From Candidatus Sumerlaeia bacterium (lineage in GTDB: Bacteria > Sumerlaeota > Sumerlaeia > SLMS01), in NCBI GenBank assembly GCA_038208905.1, contig JBBQYG010000121.1, positions 1 through 12,661 of the forward strand: DNA of 12,661 nucleotides, written 5' to 3'. Position 1 is the first letter of the stretch; each line of letters opens with the position of its first letter. Under the pieces are notes generated by a model, which had not been told where the DNA came from, searched no databases, and saw only the letters and a program-made list of their open reading frames with translations. This document shows, in pieces, positions 1-6,375 of this stretch. Made by a program: the position numbers and the translations under genes.

Positions 1-108
1 GTCCCGTCGCCCTAAGGGTAGCGTGGGCATCCATCGACAGGCGGCTATGTAGAATCACCGCCCAAAGTATTTATAAAGTCACTACTAACATATCAAAAGA
101 AACAACTC

Positions 109-129
109 GCAATGTATGTCATATATTGC
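109..129. promoter_or_regulatory. Near-perfect palindrome in an AT-rich intergenic region, candidate transcription-factor operator
   Basis: GCAATGTATG-T-CATATATTGC: 9 of 10 positions are complementary around T119. It lies in the visibly AT-rich stretch (~55-185) upstream of the DUF1579 gene. Confidence 0.4.
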
Positions 130-185
130 AAAGGGCACCACGCCTCCCGCAACTTGAAATTTAATGAAAATCTAAATCACGGTGC

Positions 186-218
186 TTGACACGGAGCAAA
201 TTCTCCCCATTCATGGGG
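186..218 (+). promoter_or_regulatory. Possible sigma70-type promoter with a palindrome over the -10 position
   Basis: Perfect TTGACA at 186-191. The hexamer 17 nt downstream (ATTCAT, 209-214) is a poor -10 match and is overlapped by the inverted repeat CCCCAT-TC-ATGGGG (205-218). Confidence 0.3.
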
Positions 219-309
219 TTGAACTTTCCTAAAAGCAGGGGTTTCCACGTCAGGGCGACTACGGTCAGCCCGGCGTGTAGGCGACAACATTTTACCGGGA
301 GTTTTGAAA

Positions 310-897
310 ATGAGCGATCAGCCTCAGCAGGGAATGAATTCGGAAGACGGGCCGAAGACCAAGCCCTCCTCGGCGGCGGACTTTCAACGGCTCTGGGCCC
401 AGCGCGAACATTACACTCAGCTTACCAAGGAACACGAGATTCTGACGCGGCTGGTGGGGCGCTGGAAGGTAAAGACCGACTTCGACTTTGGCGGCTATGG
501 GCCGAACTTCCAAGCGGTGGGGGAGCAGACGAGTCGGCTGATCTTCGACGGGCGCTTCTTGGAGTCCAGCATGGCCGTGAAATTCGCCGGTCACGAATAT
601 GAATCGCTCAGCTTCACCGGATTCGACAATGTGATCGGCAAGTTCCAGACGGTCCTTTTCGACCGGAACACCAACGGCATGGCGATCGTGGAGGGAACTT
701 GGGAGGAAGCGACCGAGTCCATCCGCGAGTGGGGAGAGATCAGCAACCCGATGTTCCGCGCGCGGCACGACATCGCCTTGTACCGCAAGTTCGCCGGACC
801 CGACAAGGTGAAGGTGCGTATAAGCATTCCCGATTTGGAAGGGAAGTTCTTCGACTACCTGACGGCCGACCTCGAGCGGATCGCGGTCGAGCCATGA
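310..897 (+). CDS. DUF1579-family protein (195 aa)
   Basis: ATG at 310 with GGGAG at 297-301. Motifs EH..L..LVGRW, IFDGRFL, GFDN..GKFQTV.FD..TNGM and YR.FAGPD resemble DUF1579 beta-barrel proteins. Stop TGA at 895-897 overlaps the next ATG. Confidence 0.75.
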   Translation: MSDQPQQGMNSEDGPKTKPSSAADFQRLWAQREHYTQLTKEHEILTRLVGRWKVKTDFDFGGYGPNFQAVGEQTSRLIFDGRFLESSMAVKFAGHEYESLSFTGFDNVIGKFQTVLFDRNTNGMAIVEGTWEEATESIREWGEISNPMFRARHDIALYRKFAGPDKVKVRISIPDLEGKFFDYLTADLERIAVEP

Positions 898-1505
898 AAA
901 CAGCAAGCGCCGCATTCACCCTGATCGAACTGCTCATCGTTGTCGCGATCATCGCTATTCTGGCGGCGATCGCGGTTCCCAATTTCCTGGAGGCCCAGAC
1001 CCGCGCCAAGGTCTCGCGGGCGAAGGCGGACCTTCGCACGAGCTCCATCGCGCTGGAGGCCTATGCGGTGGACCACAACGCGTATCCACTCGCCGCTCAG
1101 GCCATCTTCGTCCTGACGACGCCGATCGCGTATGTGACCACGGCCTCCGGGCGAGACCCCTTTGGCGTGGGCCGCGCGCTGGCGCCGTTTCCGCCGGATG
1201 TCTATGTCTATACAAACATGGGCGAGTCGCGCTGGGTGACGACGCTCCCCGCCCTCGGCATTGTGGGCGAGAACCAGCGCCTGACGATCGACCTCAAGTG
1301 GTTCAACGCCTCGCGCGGGCCGGATACCATCGCGGGCGTCGAGGACCAAAGCGCCGGATTTGCCATCACGCCGCTGAGCCTTGCGACGCTCTTCAATGGC
1401 TTGCTGAGCGGGAACGCGATCTATGATCCCACCAACGGAACACTCAGCCGCGGCGACATCGTGACCACGCAGCGCGGATGGATCGACGGGGCGCTGAGGC
1501 GATAG
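894..1505 (+). CDS. Prepilin-type N-terminal cleavage/methylation domain protein (type IV pilin / GspG-like pseudopilin, 203 aa)
   Basis: MKTASAA|FTLIELLIVVAIIAILAAIAVPNF is a class III signal peptide with F1 and E5. It continues RAKVSRAKADLR..ALEAY.VD, with a GspG-like SRGPD and a C-terminal YDPTNGTLSRGDI. ATGA overlap with the upstream gene fixes the start at 894. Confidence 0.9.
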   Translation: MKTASAAFTLIELLIVVAIIAILAAIAVPNFLEAQTRAKVSRAKADLRTSSIALEAYAVDHNAYPLAAQAIFVLTTPIAYVTTASGRDPFGVGRALAPFPPDVYVYTNMGESRWVTTLPALGIVGENQRLTIDLKWFNASRGPDTIAGVEDQSAGFAITPLSLATLFNGLLSGNAIYDPTNGTLSRGDIVTTQRGWIDGALRR

Positions 1506-1533
1506 TCCGCCAAAACCCGTATCGCGGCACGGC

Positions 1534-1914
1534 CTAGTCTTCCCCGTCCGACTCGTCATCCAGCGGATGCTCGAGAATCAGGTAGTCCTGCACGACGCGG
1601 CCGCCGATCAGGTGCTCCTGAATGATGCGTTCCAACACGTCGGGGGTGCAGGAGTGGTACCAGGCGCCCTCTGGATAGACGACGGCGATGGGGCCGCGCT
1701 CGCAAATGCGCAGGCAATTGGCCTTCGTGCGCAGGATGCCGCCGTCCTCGTGGAGGCCGAGCTCCTTGAGGCGGTCCTTCAGGTACTCCCACGCGCGGTT
1801 GCTGTCTCCGCGGTCGCAGCATTTGGGCTTGGTTGCGTCGGCGCACAGGAAGATGTGGCGCCTGGCATCGGGGATGCCGAGCTTGCGCGCGATCTTTCGG
1901 AGGTCGGAAGCCAT
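1534..1914 (-). CDS. Thioredoxin-like [2Fe-2S] ferredoxin (126 aa; alternative TTG start at 1923)
   Basis: [15 protein letters not shown] ... [25 protein letters not shown] ... RIIQEHL..G matches the Cys pattern and GP..VVYP.G.WY motif of the TRX-like 2Fe-2S family. Confidence 0.9.
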   Translation of the reverse strand: MASDLRKIARKLGIPDARRHIFLCADATKPKCCDRGDSNRAWEYLKDRLKELGLHEDGGILRTKANCLRICERGPIAVVYPEGAWYHSCTPDVLERIIQEHLIGGRVVQDYLILEHPLDDESDGED

Positions 1915-1936
1915 GAGCGTCAACGGTGAGGCCGGA

Positions 1937-2070
1937 GCGATGAGGGATCAACGGCAAAGAACGGCAGGGATGAGGTAGGTGGGATAAGGGATGAATTGCA
2001 TGGGGCTCCGGTTGCTTGTTCCCTTCGTCCCATCCGTCCCATTCCTCCCATCACTCCCACGCTTCCTCCC
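1937..2070. repeat. Degenerate periodic repeats: purine-rich 7-mers followed by pyrimidine-rich 9-mers
   Basis: GCGATGA GGGATCA (1937-1950) and GGGATGA GGTAGGT GGGATAA GGGATGA (1967-1994). These are followed by GTCCCATCC GTCCCATTC CTCCCATCA CTCCCACGC, with TCCC at 2020, 2028, 2037, 2046, 2055 and 2067. Confidence 0.7.
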
Positions 2071-2155
2071 AAATCGGATTGCCAATTGTCATCGCCCGGC
2101 TAAATCTCCGCCGCGAGATTGGCGAATAATGGTCGGGTGAATTTCAGGGGGTCCG

Positions 2156-3124
2156 GTGGCGGATCAGAACGAACATGACCGGCCATTCGACCCCTTCGCC
2201 GGGATGGCGGCGAGGCGGGGTCCGTCGCCCCAGATGGTGTGCCCGCTGGCCGATGCGCGGCTGACGTGGCTGCATCTGGTCGGGTGGGCGGTCATCCACC
2301 GGGCGGTGTGGGGAGGCGCGCCGCTCAACAACGTGATCCTGTGCTATCTGGAACGGCGGCGGGCGCGCGTGCTGGCGGGCGACCTGTTGTCAATCGCGCC
2401 GTGGCTTTTCCTGTACGCGGTCGAGATCGCGGCGTATATACACGCCGCGTCGGCGCGGAGCTTTCACATTCCGCTGTCCCTGCTTGCGATCGAGATCCTG
2501 ATTCTCCCCGCGCTCGTCGGCCTGTGGAGCCAGTGGGCGGTGATCATTCACTGTGGCCGCATTTCAAGCCGGCTGCCGCTGGAGGAGCTGACGGTGACGC
2601 CGATGCGCCCTCGCGATTTCCTGGTGGGATTCGCGCTGAGGCCGATGCTCGCGAACCTCGGCGCGGCGCGGCTGGCGGGTTTCCTTTTCTTTTTCCTGCA
2701 CATCGGGTTCGTGTCCTACTTCGTCTCGCGGTCGTCGATGGTCTCCATCTGCGACACGTTCACGATCCTGATCCTGCTGCTGTATCGCGGATACGTGCTC
2801 GGCGCCTGTGTGGAGTTCGCGGGGGTCCAGGCGCTGAGGTGCTGTGTCTTCATGCCCACGCTGCTTGGGGCCATCGCGCGCGCCGCCCGGGACTGGATGT
2901 GGCCTTTCGGGCTGATGCCGGTGATCCTTCCCGGGATCATCGTCGGCACCTACTTCCTCGTCATGCGCAACCCCGGCACCCTCTTCGTCGCCATCCTCGT
3001 CCCCCCCGTCATTATCTGGATCATGTTTGGGCTCCCCTCCATCATGCGCGCCAAGATGGAGGACGCCTTTTTCTGGATGGAGCGGGCGCATCGGAAGTGG
3101 GAGTTGTATGGGGGGGAAAAGTAG
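2156..3124 (+). CDS. Hypothetical polytopic membrane protein (322 aa), possibly distantly ABC-2-permease-like
   Basis: GTG start with AGGGG upstream (2146-2150). About six hydrophobic segments. The cytoplasmic motif RLPLEELTVTPMRPRDFLVG recalls the E.L.vTP......G loop of ABC-2 permeases. Confidence 0.65.
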   Translation: MADQNEHDRPFDPFAGMAARRGPSPQMVCPLADARLTWLHLVGWAVIHRAVWGGAPLNNVILCYLERRRARVLAGDLLSIAPWLFLYAVEIAAYIHAASARSFHIPLSLLAIEILILPALVGLWSQWAVIIHCGRISSRLPLEELTVTPMRPRDFLVGFALRPMLANLGAARLAGFLFFFLHIGFVSYFVSRSSMVSICDTFTILILLLYRGYVLGACVEFAGVQALRCCVFMPTLLGAIARAARDWMWPFGLMPVILPGIIVGTYFLVMRNPGTLFVAILVPPVIIWIMFGLPSIMRAKMEDAFFWMERAHRKWELYGGEK

Positions 3125-3262
3125 GGAACGGCGGGAAAGACGGGAAAAGCGGAAACGGCGGGAACGATGGGGAAATGCCGCGAACAGACGGAGCGATTTT
3201 CGACGGTTTCACATTCCGCCGTTCCCGTTTTTCCCGTCTTTCCCGTCTTTCCCGCCGTTCCC
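3124..3262. repeat. Inverted pair of 9-nt tandem arrays between convergent genes
   Basis: Left arm GGGAACGGC GGGAAAGAC GGGAAAAGC GGAAACGGC GGGAACGAT (3124-3168). Right arm GCCGTTCCC GTTTTTCCC GTCTTTCCC GTCTTTCCC GCCGTTCCC (3218-3262). The outer 24 bp (3124-3147 / 3239-3262) are a perfect inverted repeat. Confidence 0.9.
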
Positions 3263-3269
3263 CGCCGTA

Positions 3270-4445
3270 TCACCCTACACTCGCCTTCCTCACCTTCCCT
3301 GCCCTGACCTTGAAGCGCGCGCCGACGGGGAGTTCCGATTCGATGCGGGTGGCGTCGGTGGCGGTGAGCAGGGTCTGCATCTCGCGTCGCGAGAGGAGCT
3401 GCATGAAGAGGCGGGTGCGGTTGGCGTCGAGCTCGCCGAGGACGTCGTCGAGGAGGAGGACCGGTGGCTCTCCGCACATGGTCTCGAGCAGTTGCATCTC
3501 GGCGAGGCGCAGAGCGAGGACGATGGTGCGGGCCTGGCCCTGGCTGGCGTACTGGCGGGCGTCCTGCCCGTTGAGGACCAGTGACATGTCGGCCTTGTGG
3601 GGGCCGCTGTCGGTGGAGCCGCGCCGCTTGTCGCCCTCGCGGTCGCGGGCCCAGAAATAGCGCAGTCGATCGAGGAGTTTCTGTTCCGCGGCGGCGTCCT
3701 CCACCAGGTGCTCGGGCTTGATGCCGATGTCGATGGGCCAACCCGTCTCGTGGTCCATGCGGAATCGGTCTGCGCCGCCGGTAAGCTGGCGAATCTGCTC
3801 TTGGGCGATGGGGGCCATGGCGGAAACCAGGGTCTGGCGGCTGATCATGATGCGGGCGCCGTGGCGGGCCATCTGCTCCTCGAAGGATTCGAACTCGATG
3901 GAGGGAACGGGGCGCTGGGCGCGAAGGAGCGCGTTGCGCTCGCGCAGCGCCAGGGCATAGTCCTGCATCGCCTCCAGGTCCGTGCGACTCGTGCGCGCGA
4001 GCATCGATCCCATCAGCGCGCGTCGCCCCGCGGGGCCCGCCTGCACCAGCTCCAGGTCCGACGGCACAAAGACCACCGTGTTCAGCGTCCCCCACAGGTC
4101 GCCGACCTTGCGGAGCCCGTTGCCGTCGATCCAGAAGGACTTTCCGGTGCTGGTGACGGCGGCGCGGAGCGTGTGGCTTCCCGTGCGCGCGGTGAAGTCG
4201 CACTCCGCCGCGGCGAACTTCACGATGCGGTCGGTCTTCTCCTCGGCGTCCTCGCGGCGCGGGATGATCTCGCGCTCGCGGGAGGTGCGGAAGCTGCGCC
4301 CCGTGGAGAGGAGGTGCACCGCCTCCAGCAGCGTCGTCTTACCCTGCGCGTTCTCCCCCACGAAAAGATTCGCCCCGGGAGAGAGGTCGAACTCCGCCTC
4401 CTCGACCAGGCGGAAGTGCTCCAGTTTCAGGCGGGTCAGATGCAT
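3270..4445 (-). CDS. recF: DNA replication and repair protein RecF (391 aa)
   Basis: MHLTRLKLEHFR; Walker A GENAQGKTTLLEA..LS.GRSFR; GP..RR; GPHKAD; signature SQGQAR..LAL.LA; Walker B PVLLLDDVLGELD..R. GGAG Shine-Dalgarno lies in the end of the upstream gene. Confidence 0.95.
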   Translation of the reverse strand: MHLTRLKLEHFRLVEEAEFDLSPGANLFVGENAQGKTTLLEAVHLLSTGRSFRTSREREIIPRREDAEEKTDRIVKFAAAECDFTARTGSHTLRAAVTSTGKSFWIDGNGLRKVGDLWGTLNTVVFVPSDLELVQAGPAGRRALMGSMLARTSRTDLEAMQDYALALRERNALLRAQRPVPSIEFESFEEQMARHGARIMISRQTLVSAMAPIAQEQIRQLTGGADRFRMDHETGWPIDIGIKPEHLVEDAAAEQKLLDRLRYFWARDREGDKRRGSTDSGPHKADMSLVLNGQDARQYASQGQARTIVLALRLAEMQLLETMCGEPPVLLLDDVLGELDANRTRLFMQLLSRREMQTLLTATDATRIESELPVGARFKVRAGKVRKASVG

Positions 4446-4448
4446 GGC

Positions 4449-4997
4449 CTACTCCAGCAGGAGAAGGCCAAAGAGGCTCATGGGATCACCCGGTTCGCGG
4501 ACCAGGTAGTGCTCCCACGCAAGCATCTTCAGCGTGTCGTGCATGTTGAACCCGATGGCCTCCAGCGTGGGGCGCTTCTTGGCGTTGAAGTCGCACGGCC
4601 GCATCGAATCGTCGTGATGGCAGAACAGGCAGTTCCCTACGGCCAGGGCAAACGCCTTCCCGTATCCGCGTGTCGCGCACTCCTGCTCCGAATGGATCAG
4701 CGAATCCTGAAACGCGGACCACACGTCGCCGTTGGGCAGGCGAAGGGGGACCGGTTCCTCCCGCCGGACGAGCAGGCCAAACTTGTACTCCTCCATCATG
4801 CGGATCGTATCGTCCACGGTGGGCGAGAACGGCGGCACGAAATCCGACTTCCGCGCGTTGCGGCAGGTGTACTGGCACCGCAACCGCACCCAGCTCGCGG
4901 TGGCGAGCTGCGGCGTATGTACGAACTTCACGTTGGTGAAGCCGTGCTCCTCGGGGCTGTTCATCACCCGGGCGATGTATTTTTCGCGGACTTCCAT
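4449..4997 (-). CDS. DUF2284-family Cys-rich predicted metal-binding protein (182 aa)
   Basis: WVRLRCQYTC...(V)PP.SP..D.....EY..GLL, GY.KAFAL..GNC.FC, C......RPTLEAIG resemble DUF2284. The start was placed at ATG 4997 because the upstream in-frame extension is only translated repeats. It ends 3 nt before the recF start. Confidence 0.8.
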   Translation of the reverse strand: MEVREKYIARVMNSPEEHGFTNVKFVHTPQLATASWVRLRCQYTCRNARKSDFVPPFSPTVDDTIRMMEEYKFGLLVRREEPVPLRLPNGDVWSAFQDSLIHSEQECATRGYGKAFALAVGNCLFCHHDDSMRPCDFNAKKRPTLEAIGFNMHDTLKMLAWEHYLVREPGDPMSLFGLLLLE

Positions 4998-4998
4998 T

Positions 4999-5171
4999 GG
5001 GGGGGAAGGGGGAATAGGGAATGGGGAATGGGGAATGGCGGAAAAGGCGGGGAACGGCGGAAACGGCGGGAAAGGCGGGAGAGAGGCAGGGAACGGCGGG
5101 GAAAGACGGGAAAGGCGGGGAGAGGCGGGTGCAAAAGTGGTGGAGGGGGGCGAGTGAGGCAATCGGCAATC
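4999..5171 (+). repeat. G-rich tandem arrays: GGGAATR heptamers, nine ~9-11 nt GGGAA(C/A)GGC-type units and a GGCAATC dimer
   Basis: GGGAAGG GGGAATA GGGAATG GGGAATG GGGAATG (5003-5037). Units end in C at 5048, 5058, 5067, 5076, 5087, 5097, 5107, 5116 and 5126. GGCAATC x2 at 5158-5171. Confidence 0.85.
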
Positions 5172-5252
5172 GGAGGTTGCGCGATGGGAGATCAGGATAT
5201 CCTAAAGTTCCGCCGCGCGCATCAGGTCGAGTTGTCAGTTCCGGAATGCCAT

Positions 5253-5457
5253 CGTCCCGGCAGGGACGCAACAATCGTAGCCCCGGACTTTCAGTCCGGG
5301 GAGGAAGAATAAAGCGCGGCCGGACCCCGGGAGGGGTCCAACATTGAGCGCCGAGTCGGGCCCTGTGGAACCCGCTGCCGGGGTTCGGATATCTTTTGTC
5401 GGACGTCCCCGGACTAAAAGTCCGGGGCTACGATTGTTTCGCCGCTCCCGCGGCGAA
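5253..5457. mobile_element. REPIN-like element: inverted doublet of GTAG-type REP palindromes with accessory hairpins
   Basis: AACAATCGTAGCCCCGGACTTTCAGTCCGGGGA (5270-5302) and its reverse complement with one mismatch (5406-5438). Each is GTAG plus a CCCCGGACT-N3-AGTCCGGGG hairpin. Additional hairpins at 5253-5268, 5322-5339, 5368-5386 and 5438-5457. Confidence 0.8.
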
Positions 5458-5604
5458 CAAACGGCGGCATAACGAGTCGGCGACCGACATGGAAGTTTAG
5501 GAGTTCCTGCGATGGAGATCATCGAGGGGGTTGGGCCTCAGGAATTCCGAGAGCTCCTCCTTAGCCCTGCTTCCCCCTGTCTTTTCCCCCCTTGATACGC
5601 CGCG

Positions 5605-5619
5605 TGGCATGGAATTAGC
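5605..5619 (+). promoter_or_regulatory. Candidate sigma54 (-24/-12) promoter for the ABC exporter operon
   Basis: TGGCATGGAATTAGC has the GG-N10-GC spacing and is close to TGGCACG-N4-TTGC. It ends 47 nt upstream of ATG 5667. Confidence 0.45.
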
Positions 5620-5666
5620 GTCCTTTTCCTTTGTCGACATACCGCGAAATCGAACGTCTACGCCCC

Positions 5667-6365
5667 ATGCCCGTCGCCGCACGGACCCACGAACTGTCGA
5701 AGGTCTATACGCTCTCCGCCGCCGAGGTGGTTGCCCTGAACGGGGCGACGATCGAGGTGGAGCGGGGGGACTTTCTGGCGCTGATGGGTCCGTCGGGGTC
5801 GGGTAAGTCAACGTTGCTGCATATCATCGCGGGGATCGACCGGGCAAGCTCGGGAACGTGCGAGGTGCTTGGCTACGATCTATCCGAGATGGGGGAGACC
5901 GATCTGGCGACATGGCGAAACCAGTACGTGGGTTTCGTGTTTCAGAGCTTCAACCTGGTCCCGGTGCTGAGTGCGCTGGAGAACGTGGAGCTGCCGCTGC
6001 TCCTCACGGGGCTGAAGTCCAAGGAGCGCCGCCGCCAGGCGGAGATGGCGCTGGATCTCGTCGGTCTCGCGGACCGCATGCACCACACGCCGAGGCAGCT
6101 CTCCGGCGGCCAGCAGCAGCGCATCGCCGTGGCGCGCGCGATCGCGGCGGACCCGCAGTTGATCCTGTGCGACGAGCCCACGGGCAACCTGGACGCGCAA
6201 TCGGCGGACGCGGTGCTGGGGATGTTCCGCACGCTGAACGAGAAGTTGGGCAAGACGATCATCATGGTGACCCACGATCCCCACGCGGCGAGTTCCGCGC
6301 GGACGGTGCGCTATCTGGAGAAGGGGAAGCTCCTTCCCCCCGGCCAGAAGCCCCAGGACTGGTAG
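5667..6365 (+). CDS. ABC transporter ATP-binding protein, MacB/LolD family (232 aa)
   Basis: Walker [11 protein letters not shown]-loop [16 protein letters not shown], signature LSGGQQQR, Walker [13 protein letters not shown]-loop MVTHD. ATG 5667 was preferred over TTG 5631. Confidence 0.95.
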   Translation: MPVAARTHELSKVYTLSAAEVVALNGATIEVERGDFLALMGPSGSGKSTLLHIIAGIDRASSGTCEVLGYDLSEMGETDLATWRNQYVGFVFQSFNLVPVLSALENVELPLLLTGLKSKERRRQAEMALDLVGLADRMHHTPRQLSGGQQQRIAVARAIAADPQLILCDEPTGNLDAQSADAVLGMFRTLNEKLGKTIIMVTHDPHAASSARTVRYLEKGKLLPPGQKPQDW

Positions 6366-6375
6366 CGCGCCCGCG

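Noticed and set aside
1..30. Possible start of a divergent minus-strand gene (ATG at 30, MPTLPLGRRD...)
   Set aside because: Only 10 codons are visible and there is no clear SD, so it cannot be supported from this window.
699..893. Upstream extension of the pilin ORF
   Set aside because: It overlaps the DUF1579 gene out of frame. The class III signal peptide and the ATGA overlap place the start at 894.
4998..5162. N-terminal Pro/Phe-rich extension of the DUF2284 ORF (track 4449..5162)
   Set aside because: It is only the translation of the 7/9-mer repeats (PPFPPFP, PHSPFP). Family-like sequence begins at ATG 4997.
3124..5171. Repeat arrays as a CRISPR array
   Set aside because: Units are 7-11 nt and contiguous, with no 23-50 nt repeats separated by unique spacers. 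No cas genes are present in the window.
5194..5203. Palindrome AGGATATCCT as the promoter or operator of DUF2284-recF
   Set aside because: It contains -10-like hexamers, but there is no convincing -35 at the right spacing. A 10-bp palindrome can occur by chance.
5184..5312. 42-aa ORF MGDQDILKF...QSGEEE with GGAGG 7 nt upstream
   Set aside because: The SD is good, but the 3' half is REP-element sequence and there is no recognisable motif. It cannot be supported without ribosome profiling or homologues.
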